A stretch of 64,000 bases of DNA. Origin: Antedon mediterranea. Taxonomy: Eukaryota; Animalia; Echinodermata. The notes below the pieces were generated by a model. That model was not told the DNA's origin. It did not search any database and was given only the letters and a program-made list of their open reading frames with translations. The stretch lies in the NCBI RefSeq assembly GCF_964355755.1, contig NC_092678.1:15092371-15156370 (forward strand). Reading direction: 5' to 3'. Below, one piece after another: positions 30,101 to 42,100 of this stretch (positions are counted from its first letter, which is position 1; every line of letters begins with the position of its first letter). A program made the position numbers and the translations under genes.

Positions 30101-33100
30101 GGAGAAATACTTCGCGACGTATTCAATTATAACAGACTGAAACCCTGTTTTATGAGAACGCCTAAAGAACGCAAAAATTTTACACATCTCCAAAAACTTA
30201 AACAATTGTTGAATGAACCCACCGATGATAATAACGATAAAATCCAAAACACCATTAATGTAGTAAATGACGAAACCAATGTTGAATTTGTAGACGAACA
30301 TGATAGGACACCCACCCAATTGCATACAGATACCCTTACACATCCAACTAAGATAGAACCCCTTAACTTGCAACCTTACATTGACTGTGTAGAGAATAAC
30401 ATGGGATTAGCAGCCCCATTCCAAATGAAAGAAGAACAAATAAAGGAACAAACTAATCTAATTATGACAGCACCTAATGATTCAAATATGACATTAAACC
30501 GAGGTAGATTTAAAGCAGGACATTTCCAAGTTTTAGTTTCGTATTCTAAACCGACTTCAGTCAAACGCAACACTGATAAAACAAAACACGAATCTAATGA
30601 TCGCAAATTTTGGTGGAATATTGACAGATATAACGATACAGATAAATTGATTAAAGAGATCATTAATGATAAACAGATACCGATAAGTGGATCGCCAAAA
30701 CGATTCATAAAACGTTTGTATAATGCAACAAGTTACTGATTTAATTTTTTTTGCAGGATTATTTTTAAATTACGACATTTGCTAAATTATTGATAGCATA
30801 GTCTACGTATTTGATGAGATTTGTTTAGTAATGATGTGATTTCAGTTAAAAGAGAATTGAATTTATGTTTAAGTATTGATTTTGTAACGAGTTTGATAAA
30901 GATTAATTTTGAATTTTGAATGATCGATATATTGAGATATTAAAAGGAACGACAATCATTTTGTAACAAATATTTTGTTTAACCTTTGAGTCGTTAATCT
31001 CAAGCATTAATTAATTGATATACAAGAACAGGAGATTTTCTTAGTACTCTTAATTGTAATTTTGTTGACATTGAGTACAAAAGTCGAATTTGTCGATTGA
31101 TTGAAATCGTAATTACCTGTAAATATAAATGCTTAAATCGATAAAGTTGTGACGATAACGATATATTGTGGATAAGTTTGTGTCAACGGGACACATACAT
31201 TCGTTTCTTTTAAAGTTTTAAGTGATTAAGTTTGATATTTGATTTTAGGCTAATCAGCCACAGTTTCTTGAATTTTACGTTTTGATTTGATTGATTTATA
31301 TTTGAAGGCCATTAGAACGCGATAAGTTGTCGCGCTATTTGATATATATTCATTGTACATATTCTTTAAGTTCTTTAAATTTGACCAATTGACGTTTGAT
31401 TAACGCTCGAGGGAGGAGTAGAGCCAATTACGAGCTATATATATAAACAACCGGATGGGCAGACTATAAATAAGTCGCACGAGCGTATCAAATATACAGT
31501 ATTTACTGTCGAATTATAAGTTAATTTACTTTTGTGAGATTGTTATAATAGTTGAACTTGAAATTTTATTGTTTGAGTTTATATCGTTTATTTAGTTTAA
31601 TATTGTTTATTTTAAATACATTTTAATTTTATTTATCTTAATTTTAGTCAATTCCAAATTTCCCCCTAAAATGGAATCCGAAAAGCTTGACGTTACACAG
31701 TTATGCTTAAAACACAAAATTCAAATGACGCCCCTGTCCACAGAATGTGCCCTTATAAAGAAGATAATCCTTTACCAAAGCGAACAAAACGTAATTCTCC
31801 ATATTACCAAAATGATGCCATTTACTTTAGATTCCTTGAAAAGAGTTTTATTATTCCTTTGCGACATCCGTCCAGCAGACCAACTGACAAACCTCAAATT
31901 AAATACCCTTTTACACATTGGCAGTTATTTATGTTGTTTCGACAAAATGTCCTCCCCCATTATAGACTACATTTGGAAGCATAAGAGTGAACCAGCCCTA
32001 CTTGACTTTTCCACAATCGACCTTTCCATTAATCTAGACGGCATCGCCACTTGTATACCAAACACACATGAATTTCACAGACAACATATTTATTCTATGA
32101 CCCTCCTGCTCTTAGCAATTACAAAAGACATCAAAGCCCCACAATGCACAACATTTTTTTCAAGAGTCCGACAACAAACAGGCATCATACCCCAAGACGA
32201 ATTAAAACCTAGCGAACACTCACCATTTGGATATGTTGTAACTAAATATAAGAAAAAACTATATTCGCACATTCGTAACATGCAGTACCTGGAAAATAAA
32301 TACCAAGATACCCCTGCCAAATTTGTCAATGTAACCCCGAAATTAAAAACTTTCATACTGATTGTACAATCAACAAATGCTGCGGAACATTGTTTCACAA
32401 AAATTGCCAACAAATAAACAAGAAATACCAATGCTTGAATTGCGGTATGGTATATTTGAATGAGATGCCTTACACTGCTACCTACATATTGGACGACGGC
32501 ACACTGTGGACTACATCCCATTATTATCGATTATTATATGATTGATTTCAATTTATCCTTTATAAATTTTTTTTCTATTTCAAATAATTAACGAGAGTCG
32601 ACTTCTTGACCGATGTTTTTTAGGGAAACCCAACCGTTGTGATGTTTATATTTCGGTAATCCGAGTGTAGCATGCCTCCAAAGCAACGGACCCACAATTA
32701 TGTCGATCTTGAAGAACACTTTTGTTTTTTTTATATACATTTTTTGTTTCAAATTTTATATAAATTCCGGAATTTTTATACGAAATTCATTTTTAATTTC
32801 ATTTTTTTAAGAGAGAGAAGAGAGAGAGTGAAAGTGATAAGGTTACACTTCAGAGTCAATGGTTTTGGCTAACTCAATTTTTGCTTATATGTATAATAAT
32901 GTTTTTTTTCTTTTATATAACTTTAATTTTGCATGCCACTATTATAACCATTTTTATATGTTAAATAGATTAGAAAAAAAAAAAGGGAAACAGAGGGATG
33001 TGATATAAAGATATACTTTTATATTTAAGAAATTGACCTTTGTATCGGAATTTAAATAGGTTCACAAACTTGACCCAGAAAGTCCAAAGGAGAGTTTGTC

Positions 33101-36100
33101 CAGATGTTTTAATGACCATTTAGTTTATAATAGAATCCCTAAAGAAAACACTTAGCTTAATTTTGTGACCTTTCCCATCGTTAAACCAGGAGTGATGGAC
33201 ACTATTTAAGTACAGATTTGACAGTGTCATCCATCACAGAAATACCTTATTATACCGTTAATCACTCCCACTTAAACACCCCTGGATCAACTTAGGACCA
33301 ATCGTTACCCTCACAGATGATGTAATGACATTATGCAAATGAACTGAGCCAATATACTCCCAAGTTTCAGAAGGGCCCAGACACACCTTACAGCCACCTC
33401 ACGGAGCACACACCTTACAGCCACCTCACGGAGCACACACCTTACAGCCACCTCACGGAGCACACACCTCACAGCAGACCTACACACTTCACACCTCACC
33501 GACAGCATCATTGACCGTCCGTTCCTTATGTATACTTATAGTTGTATATTGTACTGAAGTATTATACTGAATAAACAATATAGTGTTATGACAGTCAAGC
33601 GAGTAAGAGTCTTTCATTAGTACCTCAACAACCCAAACGTTATATTACAATATAAATATGGAACAATAGCGTCGGCGTGCACACTAATGTTATCAAATCT
33701 ACGTTTCGCGGTACATCTCGGATAGATAAGGTAGGTATCCAAGGCGGAGATTTGTAGAGAAGTTTTTGCATTGTGCTCGCCTATGTCAGAATTAACCATA
33801 ATTTATATATAGATATGGTAGCCAATCACCAAAAATGGATGGTGCCCAAACGGCCATACATCATTGTACAACCTGGAATCTCTCAACCACCCGATTCCTA
33901 CCTCTGGATTATCTAGCTGTGTGTCAGACAAATCTAAATTAATGTGAAACTGCAGTTCTAATTAAAGTTTTTTTTTATCAACTATTAAACAGTAGCTGTT
34001 TCGTCTGGATGTAATGTGGTTGTCTCACGCCATGAGCAGCAAATTTGATCTGATGTTTTTTGATATTATGATGATGTGTTTTCTGTTTTAAATATATCTA
34101 ACAATCTAGATTTTCAACTTTTCAATTATTAATTGTATCATCATCCTCACCATCTCCTTTTCAAATACATCTCTTATCACTATTGTTGATCATCTTTTGA
34201 ACCACTTTCCGATTTGCTGGAACCATTTTAATTAACTGAGCCAATGAAAGATGCAATGCCTCGCGAGCTTATGAATACGTTGTAATAAGCCAGCTTTACT
34301 CCAATCCTGGTGTTGTAGTTGTTCAAGAGTCGCTTATATTCGGCAAATTTTGATTTTTCAATCATTTCAAAGTTACCGGTTCCCATTTCTTTATAAATGA
34401 TCAAACTATCAAGTGATCTAAAACTTTCTGACTTTCTTACTGCATTTCACCATTCCTAATAATGGAGTATGTGTATTCATGTTTTCAGTTGTTACATTAT
34501 AACAGTATTTCATTTCATTATTTATTCTGTCTATTTCAATATATAAATAACAAAATGGTCAACCTAAGTGAACTTAATCACTGTAGCGGAGCCGGTTGAC
34601 CCAACCCCAAAGTTATTTATAAGACTCATTATATTTGATGTTTATGACTTCTTCACAGGCAGGAAACACACCGATCAATATTTATCTGAGTCGTCGTGAT
34701 GTGGAATTAGAGATATTGTTTTGTATGATAACCAATGGTGTATCCCCCACATTAACAAAAGAGGTAATTCGTCATAAAAATGTAAATTGAAATAAAGCAT
34801 ACTGGTTGTTTTTGTTCATCCTATTATTACCTTCAAATGTAAGAAGGTAATGTACTATTGTACTATGTTGTTTAATTATTATTAACACGTTGCAACTGCT
34901 CTTGGTATAATACATTTAGCTCCTTACAATTAATTTGATTTAGTTATCCATGTTGCATAATCAATCGAAGAGAAATATTTATTTATTAAAAATATAACAT
35001 TTTTTATTTGTTTAGGAAGGAAGCAATGCTCTACATGTACATCTAAGTGGTAGATATGTTAAACCTACGTTAGGAATAGTGACTAATCTTATTAAACTTG
35101 GTGTGTCTCCAACATTACAGAATAAGGTAAAGTACATAAGAGTGTGCCTATATTCCCGTGATCTAACATTGTTTAAATATCGGGTGGGACTCAAACACAC
35201 CTCAGATCACGAGTATGGTGTTGTTCATAACTATATACCTGCTCAAGAGTGGTTACAGCAAGCAAATACAGTTGGACACCACTAACGTTCGTGGTACCGA
35301 TATTAAATATCTAAATAGGAAATCTAAATATATATTTTTTTAATTATCCGCATCCTTTGTTTAATTTAATTCTTTATTGTATAAAATAAGTATGTATGAT
35401 TTATAATGAACTTTAGAGAAAAGTGCTATACGTAAGTAAAGTAGTAACGTCGAAACCTAAGCTAATGCTAACGGCCTTAGTGCCCGTCTCCATTTCCTTA
35501 GCGTTTGGTCCAGGCTCCACTAAGTGTGTATGTTTGCGGGGTACGCCACTCCTCCCGCACAAACGAGTCTGATTTACCTTCCCAGTACTTTTAACATACC
35601 GGTACCCATTTCTATCACCTTGGTGGGGAGGAACAATGTGGATAAAGAATCTTGCTCAAGGACTCAACACCGCAGTGACCACGATATTTCTTTTCGTACA
35701 TAAGTTGAGGACCCTCGTGAAACGTCACAAAATAAACATAAGGTGTGACAAAAGAATTGAGCTAACTACAATTCGCTAATGGAAACGATTTCTGTCGAGC
35801 CGTCTGTGTAGTCGAGTGGATAAGACTGTGGACTTTATATGTCGATGTATGGGGTTCGACTCCCATGAGCTACTTCTTTTACTTTATAGTGAGAGAGATT
35901 ATTTGGAGGGTTAGGTTTAGTTATATTTTGGAAATAGTTTGCCTATCTTTCACATGGGTCCCCAACTTATATACGAAAAAAAAATCGCGGGCCGAGCTTG
36001 AATCGGCAACCTCTTGATTGCAAGTCCAATGCTCTAACCACTGCGCCACAGTGCTCCACTAAGTGTTGCCTTACGTACGTCTTCATTATTATGTAATATT

Positions 36101-39100
36101 ACATCTTCATATCACATAGCATAAGGTATAAGGATAGAGATAATTTATTGAATGAATTATCAATTTAACTATGTTTTATGTGGACATGTCATTATAAAAT
36201 TAATGGTTGAATTTAGAATGATGACTGGAAGCAATGTTCACATTAATCTGTATGTAAAAACTACACGATTATGATTTCTTTTGTCAGTAAAATTGCAAAA
36301 TTAGGGAATCAACAGACAATTGATATAATTCGGTCTACGTTCAGAGCATAAGCACCTGCCAGCAAAACCTTTATTTTAATTTGTTTGTGTATTATTTATC
36401 ATTGCATAACATAACTGATTTTCTGCAATAACCTGTATGTATAATTTCTTTATAGGACGGAAACACCCCGCTGCATGAATACATGCGTTCAAATAAACCT
36501 ACCTTAGAAGTAGTAAACTATCTCAGGAAACAAGGTGCTTCAATAACAGCACTAAATAAGGTAATACAGGGTTACAGATAAGTTATTATGATTACGTACG
36601 TATGATCTGCACCGCAACAATATCTTATCCACTTATTTTATATCATATTACAATTGATAATAACTATACTTATTTGCTGCAATACACTGTTTGTATAAAC
36701 TTCTTGATTATAATTTCTTGAAAGAACGGAAACACTCCACTGCATGAATACATGCGTTCAAATGAACCTATCTTAGAAGTAGTAGACTATCTCACGAAGC
36801 AAGGTGCATCCGTAACAGCACTAAATAAGGTAATATATGGCTACATATAAGTTATATGATTACACCTAACGTCGGCGAAATTATGTTTTTTTTATCTATT
36901 TTTTACCCCATTTAAAAATGTAATGTTTTGGTGTGATGTCACTTACAACAATGGCATCAAAATAATCAATAAGGATACGAATGAATTATACGGTGGCATA
37001 TAAGTGTCACGGAAACTTTCAAAAAATATCACGGCAATTTAAAAAAAAAGCCACGGCAATTTGAAAAAAGCCACGGCAAATTAAAAATAAAACATCACGG
37101 CAAATTAAAAATAAAACATCGCGGCAATTTAACAAAAATACCCCGGCAACTTAAAAATGAAACACCACGGCAAATTAGTATTGAAACACCACGGCAAATT
37201 AATAATGAAACACCACGGCAAATTACAGAATGCCACGGCGGAAGGTTCAAATAAACCTATCTTAGAAGTAGTAGACTATTTCACGAAGCAAGGTGCATCC
37301 GTAACAGCACTAAATAAGGTAATAATGGGCTAGAGATAATTTCAAAATAAGGGAATGCACAGACAATTGATATACTTCGATCTACTTTCACAACATATGC
37401 ACCAGCAAACATTTTATTTCAATTTCTTTGTGTATTATTATCATTACCTAACTATAATTATTTGTTTCAATACACTGTTCGTATAAACTTCATGATTATA
37501 ATTTCTTTAAAGGACGGAAACACCCCGCTGCATGAATACATGCGTTCAAATGAACCTATCTTAGAAGTAGTAGACTATCTCACGAAGCAAGGTACATCCG
37601 TAACAGCACTAAATAAGGTAATATGAGGCTACAGATAAGTTTATGATTACACCTAACGTCGGTGAAATTATGTTTATTTTTCTATTTTTTACCTCATTTA
37701 AAAATGTAATATTTTGGTGTGATGTCACTTACAACATTGGCATAACAATAATCAATAAGGATACGAATAAGATAAGATAAGATAAGATAACTTTTATTGA
37801 TCCTCAAAAAGGAAATTCATTGCTTGTCATAATAACAAAGAAAACACAATAAAAACAAATATAGCATAAAACCATTCATATAAAAACATCTAAAAAATTA
37901 CAAGATAAAATTATCTTCTTGACTTCCTGTTGTACTGGATGATACCGGAAGGAATAAAGGATTTAGCAAATCGATTTGTTTTCACACTGAGGAGCCTCAA
38001 TCTACCACTTGGATTAAGTTGGTCTATGATCACTTTGTGGAGAGGATGAGAGGCATCCGACTCAATGCATTCGAAATGAATGAATGAATTATGACTGGAA
38101 GAACACGCCGCGGAATGTTCAAACGTTTCTATTCCAGTACGAATACTACTTTCAATTACAACCTAGCTATCTCATATTGCATCTTGCATAACACTCAACA
38201 TCTCCTTACCACAATGCTAATTTTCAAATAGATTCCAATATATTCATGGTATGTGGTACTGATATTGTTTACGTTTAATAATAAACTTCGTCTTAATATT
38301 TTTTTTCTCTATAGGACGGAAACACCCCGCTGCATGAATACATGCGTTCAAATAAACCTACCTTAGAAGTAGTAAACTATCTCAGGAAACAAGGTGCTTC
38401 AATAACAGCACAAAACAAGGTAATATAAGTCTGAAAATAATTTATATGATTACACCTATAACGTACGTATGATATGTGCCGCAAATATATTTTATCCACT
38501 TTATTTCATATCAAATTACAATTGATTGAGTTATTTAGAATTACTTGCTGCAATAATTATTTAGTAGTAATTAAACAAGATCCTACAATTATTATGGGAT
38601 TGGTATATTGATTATGTTTTATGTGGACATGTCATTATAAAAGAGCTGAATTTAGAATCATGAGAGAAAGCAATGTTTACGTTAACATGTATGCATAAAC
38701 TACACGATTATGATTTCTTTAATGATTCTGTAAAATTACAATATAAGAGACAATTGGTCTGCTTTTGACCCCATTTAAACATTTAACTTGTTGGTGTGAT
38801 GTTAATTACAACAATGTCATCCAAATAATCAACAAGGACACGAATGAATTATAACCGGAAGAACACGCCGCGGAATTTTCAAAACGTTTCTATTCCAGTA
38901 CGAATAATACTTTCAATTACAACTATCTCATATTATTGCATCTTGCATAATACTCAACATATCCTTACCACAATATTAATTTTCGAATAGATTCAAATAT
39001 AGTCATCGTATGTGGTAGGCCTACTGGTATTTTTTTACGTTTAATAATCCTTTTATAATATAATGGCTTCGAATTTTGATAATTTTATCTTATTTTAGGA

Positions 39101-42100
39101 ACAAATGTAAGTAAACTTACCAATTCGATGTTTACCACTTCGAGTGAACATTTTGAAAACATTCAAAACACATACATATGTGTCTAGGCTATACTAAAAT
39201 AGCTTCCAAGTTGGCTACATCATAATCGGAATCACCCTGGAACCATCAACTTTAACCAATAGGTTCTAACCAAATTTAAAAGAACCGCACAAATACACAT
39301 TTGACGCGTAATGCTTATAATGTGGGCTGAAATTGTTTAGTACGCGAATGACCTAGATATTTGATATACTTTTATGTTCATAGGAAGGAAAAACAGCAGT
39401 ATCTGTTTTAGAAGAAAATACGCAGATAGAAAAAACAAAACAAATCATGATTTTAGAGTATTTTGACAGTAAGTTAATAAGATTATATTAAAATTTATCT
39501 AAATTAAAGTTGATTTAACTTTAAACATTTGCATTTTAAAAACAAATGTTATTCATACATTAAGTTTTACATAAAACCATGAATGCGAAAACCGAAATGA
39601 TACATGTATGTTATGCGTATTTTTAATTATTTGAATTAGAACTGCTAGTTCCTCCAGAAATATTTGCCATGGGTAAAGAGGCTATTAAGATATATAAAGA
39701 TGAACTGAAAGATGGTAAAATTGCAGTTGTGAATTCAAGATGTATGTTTCTTGGGAAAGAAGGTGCTGGTAAGACAAGCTGCGTAAAGTCCATGCTTAGA
39801 GAGAGGTAAAAAAAAATACAATTGATACAAATATTATTGTGTTAACATTAGGATAATATTATTAATCAATTATTTCAACGTAAATATATACTTGTATTAT
39901 GTTGACTAAAGGTTGCCTCTCTTGAATTTTTATAATATATACAGCCTTCTAAAAGTGTGTATTTGTATCACTAGTTTGATAATTTCAATTCGTTAAACGT
40001 AATGTAATGGACTAAACGTATTTAATGAATTTTGTTTCAACTTCAACGTACATTAGTAAAAACTTTCATCTGGATCACTGTATAGTATTCAAGTAAATTT
40101 TCTTTTGGATGATCCAAAGTCGACCAGCGAAAGCTAGAGTAAAAAACGTAAGTTTTACGATTTTTATTTGACTTTGGATCATCCAAAAGAAAATTTACTT
40201 GAATTCAACATTCATGTTTACAATAGATTCAACCCTAAAGAACCTTCGACAGATGGTATAGTTACAGCTACCGTGTTTAAAGCAACTGGAGAGAGCAATT
40301 GGAAGAAGATTAAAGACGGTAAGATAATGTGATTATCCGAACTCTAATAGAGAGAAATGGCGAACCGCGATGACGTCACTCAAATTTCACCGAGTGGGTA
40401 TAGATTGTAAACAAACCATTTCGCCACATGTTTTTGTATGGGAAATTCCGATGGGTTGAGTTAAAAAGGTAGGTAGAAAAGAACGTTTAAAACACACATA
40501 ATAGCAGTATCTTTTTTTTTTGCAACACCCTTAACAATTTTAATGTTATATGGGCAAATCTTCAACATATTTTATTTTAATTTGGATTGAATTAAGACGC
40601 GTTTTTGTTATATACTGTACCCAGCTCTAGCTAGGCTGGCTAGGCCCTAATAAATACTGTAGTTGGCCTGTATGCTGTAGTACCTTGAGTACTCGAGCCT
40701 TGCACGGATTATCGGTTATTATAATAATAATAATAATATTGGAAATTCGTTATTGCATACTGTACTACTACTACTTTAGCTAGGGTGCTGCTAGGCCTCT
40801 CCTAGCTAGGTAGTAAGACTAAATAGAGCATCTCTAGTAGATGTAGGCCTAGCATTAGTTTCAGCTTGACAACAACTGCCATTTTGTTATGTGGCTAGTG
40901 ATGCTTCCTGTAGGTGAGGGGGGGGGGGGGGGGGCTACCGCCAGTAATGAATACTTGATAACACCATTCTACTATAATATTATAGACCTACAGATATGAG
41001 ATATTTTTAGGAATATGATTGTGAATGATGGATGACTTTTATACATATTTCATTGTTTTATTGGTTTATTTTCAGTTATATAATGCCACACTACTGTATT
41101 GCATTTGGTTGCAACAATGTGTCATCCGAACATCCCGAACTGTCATATCACAGTGTACCGTCACACAACCATCTCCTAAGAAATAAGTGGTTCAACCGCA
41201 TAAAAAGAGACAAACAGCATTTGGCGTTAACATCATCTGCGAAGGTGTGCTCAAGTCATTTTCATCAACAAGATTTCTGTAACCCAACATCAAAAAACAG
41301 ACGACGTCGACTAAAACCAGATAGTGCACCTTCAAAATTTGCTTGGACCATACCTGCAGCTGGCGAGTCATCTTCAGAGGATGATGAAGTACGGTCTGCC
41401 TTTAAAAAGCGTGAAGATTTCAGGGCCGAGCAAGAGGATGAAACAGATACCGCTTCTGAGGGAAAATGCGACATTTTCCCTGAAAATCCAGAAATTATTT
41501 CAAAGTCAACTCAATACAGAAAAGTGGATTATACTGAAGATGAAGAAGATGAAGTAGAAGAAGAATGCCATCACTCATTCTCAGCAAACCAACTCTACTA
41601 TAAGTGTCATACAGAAAAAATGGAGTACAAAATTTTCATGCATTTTACTGGGTTCCCATCAAAACAGCGTTTCATTGATTTTGCTCAATTTGTTATACCA
41701 ACATTTGGCAATGATGATATTGTTTATTGGAACACCAAAGCTTGTAAAAGAAGGCGGGTTAACATGGAGCAATTGCTTGAGGTTGGTTTAGAGAACACTG
41801 AAGACGAGACCGCTAGTCTAGACGATACCCGCCAGAAAAGTCGCAAGATGACTGTTTGGAATGAGTTACTACTGACATTGATGAAACTACGAACAGGGTG
41901 TTCAAATATCGACCTAGCAGTCCGGTTCAACATTGCCGAAGGAACAGTGTCAAATAAAGTAATCACACATGTAAATCTACTTTATACAACTCTTGGGTCC
42001 CTTAAAATATGGCCACATCGTGATATCATACTGAAGCATGCGCCAACAAAATTTTTAAAGAAGTATCCAAATACAGTTATTATAATAGATGCTACAGAGC

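Larger units (their letters stand above)
22811..33649 (+). mobile_element. Ty3/Gypsy LTR retrotransposon with three LTR copies
   Basis: TG...CA termini, ATAT 4-bp TSD (22807-22810 / 33650-33653), PBS-like TGGTGGAAG at 24125, PPT before 32999, PR-RT-RH-IN order. Confidence 0.96.
21627..33813 (-). mobile_element. Non-autonomous Helitron (~1.34 kb of own sequence) split by the Gypsy insertion
   Basis: Absent from units 1-4. Minus strand starts TC(TATATATA) and ends CTAG with a GC-rich hairpin (21627-21663); inserted between host A and T, no TSD. Confidence 0.85.
3323..35365 (+). repeat. Tandem array of five ~4.18-kb units (starts ~3323, 7507, 11690, 15874, ~19895); unit 5 is partly deleted and interrupted by the Helitron/Gypsy nest
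   Basis: Near-identical copies; exon A starts 6806, 10989, 15174, 19328, 34659 (periods 4183, 4185, 4154). Confidence 0.95.

Noticed and set aside
25182-30708. Numerous minus-strand ORFs over gag/pol, and similar shadow ORFs over the transposase and LINE
   Set aside because: Antisense shadows of real coding frames with no motifs
31671-32417. Calling ORF3 env
   Set aside because: Short, with no evident signal peptide, cleavage site or transmembrane anchor
39099-39106. 8-bp AG/GT-bounded microexon (TAG|GAACAAAT|GTAAGT)
   Set aside because: Would break the frame; sits where a sister unit has an ankyrin exon, so more likely a deletion remnant
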